From Candidatus Aminicenantes bacterium (GTDB taxonomy: Bacteria; Acidobacteriota; Aminicenantia; Aminicenantales; Saccharicenantaceae), in NCBI GenBank assembly GCA_963796835.1, contig CAWCND010000015.1, positions 101,386 through 165,385 of the forward strand: 64,000 nucleotides of DNA, given 5' to 3'. The translations under genes and the position numbers were made by a program. The first letter of the stretch is position 1, and every line of letters starts with the position of its first letter. A model generated the notes under the pieces. It was not told the DNA's origin, made no database searches, and saw nothing but the letters and a program-made list of their open reading frames with translations. This document shows, piece after piece, positions 40,383 to 49,800 of this stretch.

Positions 40383-41243
40383 GTGCGAAAAACCACCTAC
40401 GCTCTTTGCGCCGTCGTCCTGGCCCTGGGGCTTGCCGCCTGCGATGGCATGGTCAAATACGAGACCGACAGCCGGCCCGTTGAGCGCCAGATCACTGTCG
40501 ACGGCAAGTCCGATGATTGGGTCGGGGCCCTGAGCGCCATCAGCGACTCGAAGGCGGAAGAAGGTTTCCTCAACGACCAGGGAGTCCTCTACATCTGCCT
40601 GATCACGGAGGACGAGTCTCTCCGCCATCAGATCGAGCGGGGCGGCCTGACAATCTGGTTCGACCCCAAGGGCGGGGACCAGAAAGTCCTGGGCATCAAG
40701 TATCCCCTGGGGACGCCCCGCCTTGAACACAAGTCGACGGAGAAGGACGAAGGGGGCAAGCCCGCCGGAGAGCCTGCCGAAGAAGAAAAGCCCAGCCTCG
40801 AGATCCTGAGGGATGGGGGCGGCACGCCGCAGAAGCTGGCCATCTCCGACGCCAAAGGTCTCGAAATCGCCTCGTCCTCAAGCGGGGAGCTTTTCGTCTA
40901 TGAGCTGAAGATCCCGCTCCAACCGACGGCCGGGTCTCCCATCGCCCTCGGGGCGGCACCCGGGACAAAGATCGGGGTGGGATTTGAAGTGCCGAAAAGC
41001 GAGGGAGGGCACGGGTCGGGTCCGGGCGGCATGGGCGGCCGCGGAGGCGGCATGGGCGGAGGGATGGGCGGCAGAGGTGGGATGGGCGGGGGTGGTGGAA
41101 TGTACGGCGGCGGTCGAGGACGCGGGGGGGGAGGGATGGGCAGCCGCGGGATGGAATCATCGGGGGCCAAGGGCCTGAAGATCTGGACGTACGTCAAGTT
41201 ATCCTCCGGCAAGAGTCTGGCGCTCGCGCAACCCGTCAATTGA
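40383..41243 (+). CDS. Lipoprotein with Gly/Met-rich low-complexity segment (C-terminal part of track ORF 39657..41243)
   Basis: GTG start with SD GGGAG; lipobox LAAC; ITVDGKSDDW; GGMGGRGGGMGG repeats. Confidence 0.75.
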   Translation: MRKTTYALCAVVLALGLAACDGMVKYETDSRPVERQITVDGKSDDWVGALSAISDSKAEEGFLNDQGVLYICLITEDESLRHQIERGGLTIWFDPKGGDQKVLGIKYPLGTPRLEHKSTEKDEGGKPAGEPAEEEKPSLEILRDGGGTPQKLAISDAKGLEIASSSSGELFVYELKIPLQPTAGSPIALGAAPGTKIGVGFEVPKSEGGHGSGPGGMGGRGGGMGGGMGGRGGMGGGGGMYGGGRGRGGGGMGSRGMESSGAKGLKIWTYVKLSSGKSLALAQPVN

Positions 41244-41418
41244 CCGCGCTTCGCGGGGGGGAGCCCCCGAAGGGGATCCCTCGCGGTCAGGCGTCGGCCC
41301 GGAAGCTCCCCGGGTCCTCTCTTGAATCTCTAGGCCCGGCCGCACCTCATCTGCTACAATAGCCACTCGTCCCACGCGCCACGCTCCGGTGCGCAGGCCA
41401 AGGGAAGGAGCAGAAATA

Positions 41419-42042
41419 ATGACAGAACCCGCATCGCCCGAAAAGCTGGCCGAACCCGACATCGACCCCCGAGCCTGGGTGGCGCCCGGCGCGGTCCTCG
41501 TCGGGAGGATCGCCGTCCGCCGCGGGGCCAGCGTCTGGTATGGCTGCGTCCTCCGTTCGGACATCCCGGGGGCGGAGATCGTCGTGGGCGAGGATTCCAA
41601 CATCCAGGACGGCGCCATCATCCACGTAGACGAGAACATGTCCTGCCGGATCGGGGCCCGGGTGACGGTCGGCCACGGGGCCGTGCTCCACGGGGCGACG
41701 ATCGAGGACGATTGCCTGATCGGCATGGGCGCGATCGTCCTCTCGGGAGCGAAGGTCGGCAAAGCCTCCGTGATCGCCGCCGGGGCCGTTGTCCCGGAGG
41801 GGGTTGAGATCCCCGCGGGAGTCGTCGCGGCGGGTATCCCGGCCAAGGTCAGGCGCGACGTCTCGGATCCCGACAAGGCCCGAATGGAGAACGGCTGGAA
41901 GTTCTACGCGGAGCTCCGCGAACTCCACCGGCGACAGCCGCCAAAATCAGGGACACCTTCCTCATTTCGGGATTCCTCATCCGCCGCAGACAGGGAAAGC
42001 CTGGAAGAGAACGTCGAATTTGGTAAAATAATTCGGAAATGA
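41419..42042 (+). CDS. Gamma carbonic anhydrase family (hexapeptide repeat) protein; C-terminal tail encoded by a repeat element
   Basis: SVWYGCVLRSD; GEDSNIQDGAIIH; TVGHGAVLHGATI; LIGMGAIVL. Confidence 0.92.
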   Translation: MTEPASPEKLAEPDIDPRAWVAPGAVLVGRIAVRRGASVWYGCVLRSDIPGAEIVVGEDSNIQDGAIIHVDENMSCRIGARVTVGHGAVLHGATIEDDCLIGMGAIVLSGAKVGKASVIAAGAVVPEGVEIPAGVVAAGIPAKVRRDVSDPDKARMENGWKFYAELRELHRRQPPKSGTPSSFRDSSSAADRESLEENVEFGKIIRK

Positions 42043-42060
42043 ATATTGTGTCCCCAATTT
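41944..42060. repeat. REP/MITE-like element 2 (117 bp, 31-bp imperfect inverted arms)
   Basis: AAATCAGGGACACCTTCCTCATTTCGGGATT (41944-41974) against AATTCGGAAATGAATATTGTGTCCCCAATTT (42030-42060), 23/31 complementary. Confidence 0.72.
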
Positions 42061-42713
42061 ATCGGGCGGTGATCTTCGATCTCGACGGGACACTCCTCGA
42101 CACGATCGATGACATCGCTGTCGCCATGAACCGCGTCCTCAAGAGCCGGGACCTCGGGTCCTACCCGATCGAGACTTACAAGGCGCTCGTCGGGGACGGG
42201 GTCGAAGAGCTGGTCCGCCGCGCCTTCTCGTCCCACTCTCTCGCGGCCGAGGAGATCGCCGGGATCGTCCGGGACTACCGCCGCGAATACGGCCTCTGCT
42301 GGAGGGCCCACAGCCGCCCCTACCCCGGAATTCCCGAGCTCCTTGAGGAGCTGACCCGCAGGGGGATCAAAACGGCCGTCCTCTCGAACAAATCCCACCT
42401 GTTCACGAAAGCCATGACGGAAGAGCTCCTGGGCTTTCACCGGTTCGATGTCGTCCGCGGGGCGATGTCCGGGATCCCGCTCAAGCCGGACCCAGGGCCG
42501 GCCCTGATCATCGCCTCGGAGATGGGCGTCCCTCCGGCCGCCGTCGTCTTCCTCGGCGACACGAACGTGGACATGATAGCGGCCGTTGCCGCCGGGATGC
42601 TCCCGGTCGGTGCGCTGTGGGGATTCCGGAGCGCCGACGAGCTCAAGGCCGGCGGCGCCGCGGCCCTCCTGGCCTCCCCTCTCGAGATCCTTCCGTATTT
42701 TCCCGCCGGCTGA
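42039..42713 (+). CDS. HAD-family hydrolase (phosphoglycolate phosphatase-like)
   Basis: IFDLDGTLLDT; LSNK; LKPDP; FLGDTNVD. Confidence 0.92.
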   Translation: MNIVSPIYRAVIFDLDGTLLDTIDDIAVAMNRVLKSRDLGSYPIETYKALVGDGVEELVRRAFSSHSLAAEEIAGIVRDYRREYGLCWRAHSRPYPGIPELLEELTRRGIKTAVLSNKSHLFTKAMTEELLGFHRFDVVRGAMSGIPLKPDPGPALIIASEMGVPPAAVVFLGDTNVDMIAAVAAGMLPVGALWGFRSADELKAGGAAALLASPLEILPYFPAG

Positions 42714-42907
42714 TTTTCTTCACACCGGCCGGATCACCCGGACCATCCCGCTCTCACCCCCCCCGCCCCGAGGGTACTTTTCGGGTGATAGGGGGTGAAT
42801 CAAAATCACCCTCCGTTTCACCCGGACGGGCTATTGGCCCCAGTCTGCGGGGGCCTATCATGGGGGCTGCGAACAGATGCGCAGGACCATAAAACAGAGG
42901 GAGACCC

Positions 42908-43285
42908 GTGACGACTGAAAGGCGGAAAGAGCGGAGGATCCGGGAGGAGAACCGCGTCGTCATCGAGGTCCCCGGCAAGTGGGGCCCGGAAGGCGGGCCC
43001 GAGATCAACGCCCTGACCCAGGACATCTCCCTGGGCGGCGCCAGGATCCTGATGATGGACGAGTTCTTCCCCGTCGGCTCCTTCCTCAAGATGACCCTCT
43101 ATCTCTCCAAGTCCAAGCAGATCATCAAGGTCCACGCCAAGGTCCGCTGGGCCCGGACGATCGAGAACAGTTTCTACGAGATGGGAGTCGAATTCGAGCA
43201 CGGCATCCCGGCCAGCGTCATGGCCCTCATCAACCATCTTTACAAGAAGGATCAAAATGTCCCGGCCACGATCCAGGCCAAGTAG
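42908..43285 (+). CDS. PilZ domain protein
   Basis: ERRKERR (RxxxR); QDISLGG (DxSxxG); VRW..MGVEF. Confidence 0.85.
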   Translation: MTTERRKERRIREENRVVIEVPGKWGPEGGPEINALTQDISLGGARILMMDEFFPVGSFLKMTLYLSKSKQIIKVHAKVRWARTIENSFYEMGVEFEHGIPASVMALINHLYKKDQNVPATIQAK

Positions 43286-43502
43286 ATCTCCGGCGCGTCC
43301 GGAGGCCCGCGGGGGCGGTCAGCCCGCCTCATCGCTCGGGGTGAGAGGGCGGGCCGAAATATCCTTTGGCCAATCGTCCGGAAGGGTGATTGTCACGACG
43401 GAAGCCGCGTGTCACACTGCCCGCGGAAGAAACGGAGATGCTCCGATCGAAAGAAAACGAACGAATCGCCTGGCGCCCGGGGCCAGAGCATAGGAGGGTG
43501 GC

Positions 43503-44741
43503 ATGTTAGGTCAATTCGAAACCCAGAAAGAGCTGGCCTTGGTCTTCGACGGCATCGAGGGCCAGCTGGATAGGTCCCTGGCGGCCCAGAAGGAGGCCAT
43601 CGAGAGAACCTTGGCCGAGACGGTCAACAGGGAAAAAGAGGAAGCCCAGAGAAAGGTCGAGGCCGCGGAGCGGGAATTCGCGGAGGGCAAGCGCATCCTC
43701 GATAAGCACAAGGCCGCCCTGGCCGAGCTCAAGGTCGCCAAGGAGCAGATCCAGAGCCAGATCAAGGGGCACCTGGACCGGGCCCTGAGCTGCCGGCAGA
43801 TGATGGAGAAGATGTCGAGCCAGGCCTACGAGGAGTTCGAGAAGATCACCCATCTCGGCATGGAGCTCGACGGGATCCGGCACCGGGCCGAGGAAGAGAC
43901 CGACCGCCTCAAGAAGCACCTCGACGAGAAATACGGCATCAAGGCCCAGTTCGAGGCGGCCTTCGAGCCGGGCGAGACGGGAGCCGACCTGAGGCAGGAG
44001 ATGCTGAAGATGCGGAAGGTCCAGGAGCTCCTCGAGGCGGGGCCGCAAGCGGCGTCCGCGGAGAGGCCCTCGATGGAGATCCGGCCGGAGCCCCCTGTTG
44101 AAGCCAGGGTGCCCGAGACTTCTCGGCTGGCCGATTTCTATGCTCAGGAGCCGGCGGCCCAGGACGTCGAGACGTCACCCGCGGAAGCGGAAGGGGCGTT
44201 CGAAGAGTCCGGGGATATCGAGCAGGAGGAGCTCCGGATGCTCCTCGACCGCCTGGCCCAGTACCGCCGGACCGAACCCGTTTTCAACGGGACCGAGTTC
44301 GCCTATTTCCTGAAAGGCAAGAAGATGGTCCTCGACGGCGAGTCGTTCATCGGCACGGTGGCCAAGATCTCGGATGTCGCCAAGGGGCTCCACCACAACC
44401 TCGGCCAGAAAGAGATGTCCAAGGACCTGTTCCTCATCAAGCAGGAGATCCTCAACCAGCAGGAGATCCTCCGGAAGGCCTTCCTCCGGGTCGTCCGGTT
44501 CTGCGAGAAAGAGGACGGGGCGCTCCCCCAGTACATCGCCGACGTAATCAACGTCCGCATCCTCAAGGACATCCTGGAACGGCTGACCTTCGGCAACTGG
44601 AGCAATCCCGCCGATTTCAACTCCTTCGCGGAGCACGCGAACAACCTGAAACTCGCCTTCAAGGCGAGAGTGGCCCCGGCCCGGGATTATGCCAAGTCCG
44701 TCCTCGAGCAGCTCGAAGGCGGGCCGGACATCCTGAACTGA
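43503..44741 (+). CDS. Hypothetical coiled-coil protein
   Basis: 412-aa ORF with SD AGGAGG; heptad-rich N-terminal half; high-GC codon pattern. Confidence 0.7.
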   Translation: MLGQFETQKELALVFDGIEGQLDRSLAAQKEAIERTLAETVNREKEEAQRKVEAAEREFAEGKRILDKHKAALAELKVAKEQIQSQIKGHLDRALSCRQMMEKMSSQAYEEFEKITHLGMELDGIRHRAEEETDRLKKHLDEKYGIKAQFEAAFEPGETGADLRQEMLKMRKVQELLEAGPQAASAERPSMEIRPEPPVEARVPETSRLADFYAQEPAAQDVETSPAEAEGAFEESGDIEQEELRMLLDRLAQYRRTEPVFNGTEFAYFLKGKKMVLDGESFIGTVAKISDVAKGLHHNLGQKEMSKDLFLIKQEILNQQEILRKAFLRVVRFCEKEDGALPQYIADVINVRILKDILERLTFGNWSNPADFNSFAEHANNLKLAFKARVAPARDYAKSVLEQLEGGPDILN

Positions 44742-44751
44742 CCGGAGCGGA

Positions 44752-45963
44752 TCAGATAATCTCGAGCTTGTCCTTTTCCGGGAGCTTCGGGAACGGCGCG
44801 TGAGGCTCCTTCTGGTACCAGAAAGCCACTGAGGCGATATCGTCCTGGAGCGGCAGATAACGCCCCCCCGACAGCCAGCCCAGGGCCTGGATCGTGACTT
44901 TGAGGTCCTTGTCGAACCGGACCGGATCCATGATGTGCCAGCGGTAGAGGCCGAACCGCTGCTGGACGTCGTAGTGCCCGTCGCCGCGGATGACCTGGGC
45001 GAGGCCGGTGTACGGCGTCGAGAATTCGTGGTACTGGACGGAGCCGTCGGGCGCCTTGGCGTCGAAGTCGTAAGACCCGCAGAAATAGTCCTCCGTGCCC
45101 GTGCCGCAGATCGTCGGGAAGTCCTTGTCGCCGTCGATGAAGAACTTGATCTCGCCCTCTCCCCACCAGCCGTTGTTGTGGACGCCCCAGGCCAGGTAGG
45201 TCCCGACGTAATGCCCCCAGCCCTTGACCCCGTCGAGGATGGTGTAGACGCTCTTGTACGGCAGCGGATTGACGCGACGGAACTGGGCGTGGAAATAGGC
45301 CGCGTCGGCCGGGACCTCGGTCAGGGTGTAGTTGATCTGGTAGTAGATGGAAAAATCGGCGTCGGCGATGTTCTCGAGGGTGATCCTGAAGCCCTTGCGG
45401 AAGGGCATCTCCCAGTAGCAGTTGAAGGCGCTTCCGGGATTGACGCAGACCGGGAGCGACGAGATCTGGGCGTACTGGCCCCAGCCGCAGGCGAAGAAGT
45501 CGCCGAGCGGGCATTCGACCGAGGGGGTCGTTTCGCCGTCCCAGTAGAAGCGGAGGATGGCGAAGCGCCAGGTCCCGGAGGGCGTGCACCAGATCTGCTG
45601 GATCGCGCCCTGGCCCTTGACGTCGGCCATGACGAAGGTCTGCTTGGGCTTGATCGTGACGAAGGGCGAGATCTTCCAGCCCTGGCCGAGGTCGCGGGCG
45701 GCGTTCTTGGCCGGCCCGTCGATGGACATGCCCGCCTTGCCCTTCTCGCCCGTGAAGTTCTCGGGGCTGATGGACCGCGTCTTGGCGTGGGAGAGGCGCG
45801 ACAGCGTGGACAGGCCCATGCCGAGCCCCTTGAAGGTCTTCTCGTCCTGCGGCCCGGCCGCGGACGGCGCGGTGACCGCGAAAACGAAGATGCCCAGGGC
45901 CAGGAGCCCGGACGCGGCTTTCAGCCAGCGCCGAGCCGGCCCCGCGGAGCGCGTTTCTTTCAT
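44752..45963 (-). CDS. DUF2961 / glycoside hydrolase family 172 protein
   Basis: SISPENFTGEKG; FYWDGETTPSVECPLGDFF; YWEMPF; WWGEGEIKFFIDGD; GTGTEDYF; YRWHIMDP. Confidence 0.88.
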   Translation of the reverse strand: MKETRSAGPARRWLKAASGLLALGIFVFAVTAPSAAGPQDEKTFKGLGMGLSTLSRLSHAKTRSISPENFTGEKGKAGMSIDGPAKNAARDLGQGWKISPFVTIKPKQTFVMADVKGQGAIQQIWCTPSGTWRFAILRFYWDGETTPSVECPLGDFFACGWGQYAQISSLPVCVNPGSAFNCYWEMPFRKGFRITLENIADADFSIYYQINYTLTEVPADAAYFHAQFRRVNPLPYKSVYTILDGVKGWGHYVGTYLAWGVHNNGWWGEGEIKFFIDGDKDFPTICGTGTEDYFCGSYDFDAKAPDGSVQYHEFSTPYTGLAQVIRGDGHYDVQQRFGLYRWHIMDPVRFDKDLKVTIQALGWLSGGRYLPLQDDIASVAFWYQKEPHAPFPKLPEKDKLEII

Positions 45964-46037
45964 GAGTTCCCTCCTCCAGGATCGATTCGAAGCGGCCGCG
46001 GCGTGAACCGCCGGCCGGCCCCCATTCTAATCCATCC

Positions 46038-46118
46038 GAATTCGGGGACACAAGACTCATTTCCGAATGAGTTTTAGATGCACCCAATGCCTCTTGACAA
46101 TCTCTTGTCCCTGGATTA
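46038..46118. repeat. REP/MITE-like element 3
   Basis: AATTCGGGGACACAAGACTCATTTCCGAAT (46039-46068) is 26/30 identical to the reverse complement of the element-2 right arm; degenerate opposite arm TTGTCCCTGGATT at 46105-46117. Confidence 0.68.
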
Positions 46119-46162
46119 ATCTATGGACAATAGTATTGGTCATATGACTAATAGTATTGGTC
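46094..46162 (+). promoter_or_regulatory. Sigma70 promoter followed by two palindromic operators
   Basis: TTGACA (46094-46099), 17-bp spacer, TAATCT (46117-46122); then GACAATAGTATTGGTC (46126-46141) and GACTAATAGTATTGGTC (46146-46162). Confidence 0.65.
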
Positions 46163-46194
46163 GCTTGTAATCACAGATTGGACCGAGGCTGCCC

Positions 46195-46551
46195 ATGCTC
46201 GAACCGCTCTTGGAATCCGAAATCAAAGAAAAGGCCCTCCTTTATCTGTACACTCATGGCGAATCCTACCCCCGGGAAATCGCCCGGTCATTGGACCTTT
46301 ACGTCCATGCGGTTCAATACCAATTATCGAAGCTCGAGAAAGGCGGCGTTCTCTACAGCAAGCTCAGGGGAAAGATCCGGCTTTTCGGGATCAACCCGCG
46401 ATATCCCTTCAAGAAGGAGCTTGAAGCGCTGTTGGAAAAAGCCCTGTCCTTTATCCCTGAGGAAGAGATGGACAGGACTATTCGACCTCGATTGAGGCCG
46501 CGCCACAGCGGAAAACCGCTGCTCCGCCCTGATCCATGGGCGAGGCCATGA
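46195..46551 (+). CDS. Winged-helix (ArsR/MarR-like) DNA-binding protein
   Basis: SYPREIARSLDL..AVQYQLSKLEKGGVLYS..GKIRLFGINPRYP. Confidence 0.75.
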   Translation: MLEPLLESEIKEKALLYLYTHGESYPREIARSLDLYVHAVQYQLSKLEKGGVLYSKLRGKIRLFGINPRYPFKKELEALLEKALSFIPEEEMDRTIRPRLRPRHSGKPLLRPDPWARP

Positions 46552-46796
46552 TCACCAAGCGAACCTCGCTCCGGGACCTGGCCGTATTCATATCCGACCA
46601 TTGCCGACGAAGCGGGATCGAGGTTGTCCTTTCCGGGGGGGCGTGTGTCTCGATCTATACGCATAATAAATACGTATCGTATGACCTCGATTTCGTTCTC
46701 CTCAGACACACGACCCGGGCGACGCTCAGGACGGCCATGGAGCCCCTGGGTTTTCATGTTGCTTTTACGGAATATTCACCGCATGGGGTTGTATGA
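46548..46796 (+). pseudogene. Truncated nucleotidyltransferase-fold protein (AbiEii/MNT-like), 82 aa
   Basis: ATGA-coupled to the wHTH gene; VVLSGGACVSIY...SYDLDFV (GG...DxD); coding character is lost after LGF, where AT-rich promoter-like DNA begins. Confidence 0.6.
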
Positions 46797-46864
46797 AAGT
46801 TGGATGAAAGCTGAAGATGCCGGGCCCGAGTCGCCGTAGAGGCGGGTCCCGTCTGGAGGAAACG

Positions 46865-49800
46865 ATGGATCTTTTTAGAGATGGACCTTCGAATTCAGAA
46901 AAGAAGCCGCCCTTGACCACGGCGGTTCGCCTCTCTCGTTTCGTTCTCAGCCTCATCCTATGCTTCGGGGCCGCGGCGCTTCTCGGGGCCCTTTCCGGAT
47001 CCTCACACGACTTTTCCACTTCTCCCGCGCCGCTCCTCCCCCCCGGCGCAGAGGCCCAATCCCGGGCCGCCGACGAATCGGGCCGCAAGCTCATCGAACG
47101 GCTCATCAGCGAGCAGAAATTCGAAGAGGCCGCCAAGGAGACCGCGCGCCTCCGCGACGAGGCCAGGCGCGGCGGCGACGAAATCGCTCTGGACCTGGAC
47201 CCTGATCAAGGAGGTCCAGCTCCGGACCGGCCTCCACGGCTACGAGACGGCCGTCCGTTTCCTCAAAGAGGAGCCCTGGCCGCACGTCCCCCATCGACCG
47301 CGACATGCTGGACCTTTTCTTCGCCCAGTCCCTCACACATATTACGAAGCCTACTCCTGGGAGATCAACCAGCGCGAGCGCATCGAGGTTGCGGGCCCCA
47401 TCGACCTCAAGTCCTGGACGAGGGACCAGATCTATCGCGAGGCCTGGTCCGCCCTCATGCGCGTCTGGAAGGACCGGGAGCGCCTGGCTGACCACCGGGC
47501 CGGGGAATATCCCGATTTCTGGAGCCCCGGCGACTACCCGGCCGGGATCCGCGACACCCTCCGCGACTCGGTCGTCTATCTCATCGCCCGGCTCCTCGCC
47601 GACACCAAGCTTCTGGACCCCGCGCCAGACGAACGAAACCTATCTCCTCGACCTCGACAGGCTCCTGACGGCCGCCTTCGACGCCAAGTCCGCCGCCGCC
47701 ATCCTCGACTCGCCGGCCGCCCACCCTCTCGAAAAAGTCGGCCGCCCTGCTCGGCGAGCACGAGAATTGGTGCCGCGGCTCGGCGGACCGTCCCGAAGCC
47801 GCCCTCGAGGCGCGCCTGGCCCGCTTCGAAATCCTCCACAACGCCTTGACCCAGGACGGCGAGCGGGCCCTCATCCTCAAGCGCCTCGGCGAATTCCTTC
47901 CGGCCACCGAAAGCACCCCTGGTGGGCCGTCGGCCAGGCGGTCCTGGCCGAATTCACGCGCGACGAAAACGCGCCCGACAGCCTCATCCGGGCCCGCGCC
48001 ATCGCCCTCCAGGGCGCCGAGGCCTATCCCGGGTCGCCCGGCGGACTCCGCTGCGCTCGCCCTCGTCAAGCGCGTCGAGGCGCCGGAATACTCCATGGAG
48101 GCGATGGGGACCGACGCGCCCGGCCGCCGGTCCATCCGCCTCACCCACCGGAACCTGGACCGCGTCTATCTTCGAGCCTATCCGGTGGACATCGCCGACC
48201 GCATCCGGACCTCCCAGGACTACAACATCTTTCCCCAGTGGAAGGAGGTCGAAAGCATCCTCGAAAGCGCCAAGCCGGTCGCGGCCTGGAAGGTCGACCT
48301 TCCCGCGGTCTTCGACTTCCGCGACCACCGGACCTATGCCGAGCTCCCCGCCGGATCTCGCGCCGGGGGTCTATCTCGTGGCCGCGTCGGCCCGCCAGGA
48401 CTTCGCCCGGAGCGAAAACCGGGTCCTGGCCCTGAATCTCAGCGTCGGCGACCTTGTCCTCCTCAAGCGCGTCGCCTCCGAAGGCGGCCAGGAGGCCATC
48501 GTCCTTTCGGGCGGAACAGGCCGGCCCGTCGCCGGGGCCGCAGTGGAGCTTTACGCCTTCGAATGGCGGAAGGGCCACGCCCTCGTCGAGTCGCAGGTCG
48601 CGGATGCCCAGGGCCGGGTCGTCTTCGCCGGCCGCGAGCACGCCGGCCCATATTTCCTCGTCGCGAAAAAGGGCCGGGACATCGCCTTCGACCCGGCCTA
48701 CCTCTACCTTTACAGGAAGCCGGTCCCAGCCGAGACGAGCCGGGCCCTCATCTACACCGACCGGAGCATTTACCGCCCCGGCCAGAAGCTCTACTGGAAG
48801 GTCCTGGCCTACCGGGGCCGCCAGGACCTGGGCAAGCTCCGGCCGGCGGCGAACGCCGCGGCCTCGGTCTGGCTCGAGGACATCAACGGCCAGCGCGTGG
48901 CCGAGGCGACCGCGGCGACGAACGAGTTCGGGACGGCGAGCGGCGAGTTCGTCATCCCGGCCGCGGGGCGCCCCCTCGGCGCCTGGCGCCTCCGGGCCTC
49001 GCCGGAGGGGTCCGCCGGCGTGCGCGTCGAGGAATACAAGAGGCCGACGTTCGAGGTGACGGTCAAGGACCCGGACAAGCCGCTGCGGCTCAACCGCCCC
49101 GCAGCGCTCAGGGCCGAGGCCCGCTATTATTTCGGCCTTCCGGTCGCGTCGGGCACGGCGGTCTGGCAGGTCCGGCGCGAGCCGGTCTATCCGCGTTGGT
49201 GGTGGTGGGAGACAGAAAGCGGCCGCTCGCAGATCGTCGCCGGCGGCCGGGCCCGGGTCGCGGATGACGGGACCGTCGACGTGTCCTTCACTCCGGGCGC
49301 CGACGAGCGGAAGGGCCGCTCCGGGCCGGGCTTCAGCTATCGCTACACCCTCTCGGTCGATGTCACCGACGAGGGCGGCGAGACCCGCTCGGCGAAGCGG
49401 GCCTTCCGGCTGGGTTTTGTCGACGTCGAAGCTTCGGTCCGGGAGGAAAACGGTTTCGAGAGCGCGGGAGCGGCGGGCGCCTTTTCTGTCACCCGGACCG
49501 ACCTCGACGGGACGCCCCGGCCGGGCCCGGGGACATGGCGCGTCGTCCGGCTCGTCCAGCCGGAGGCGACGCTCCTCCCCGCCGACCAGCCCCTGCCCGA
49601 GCCGCCGGGGGAGGCGGGCGATCCCCGCGGTTTCCGGACGCCGGGCGACCGCCTGAGGCCGCGTTGGGACGATTCGCTCTCTTACGACGCGGTCCTCCGG
49701 CTCTGGAAAGAGGGGAAGGAAGCGGCGGCGGGCCGGGCCGAACACGACGCGAACGGCCTGGCGGCGGTGACGGTCCCCGGGCTCGAAGCCGGGGCTTATC

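Noticed and set aside
41020-41150. GGCATGGGCGGC-type tandem repeats
   Set aside because: They encode an ordinary Gly/Met-rich low-complexity linker.
42790-42800. GGGGTGAATC matching part of the c-di-AMP riboswitch
   Set aside because: The flanking GCTGAATCC, GGGGGAAC and CCCGTCAGCTAAC blocks are missing.
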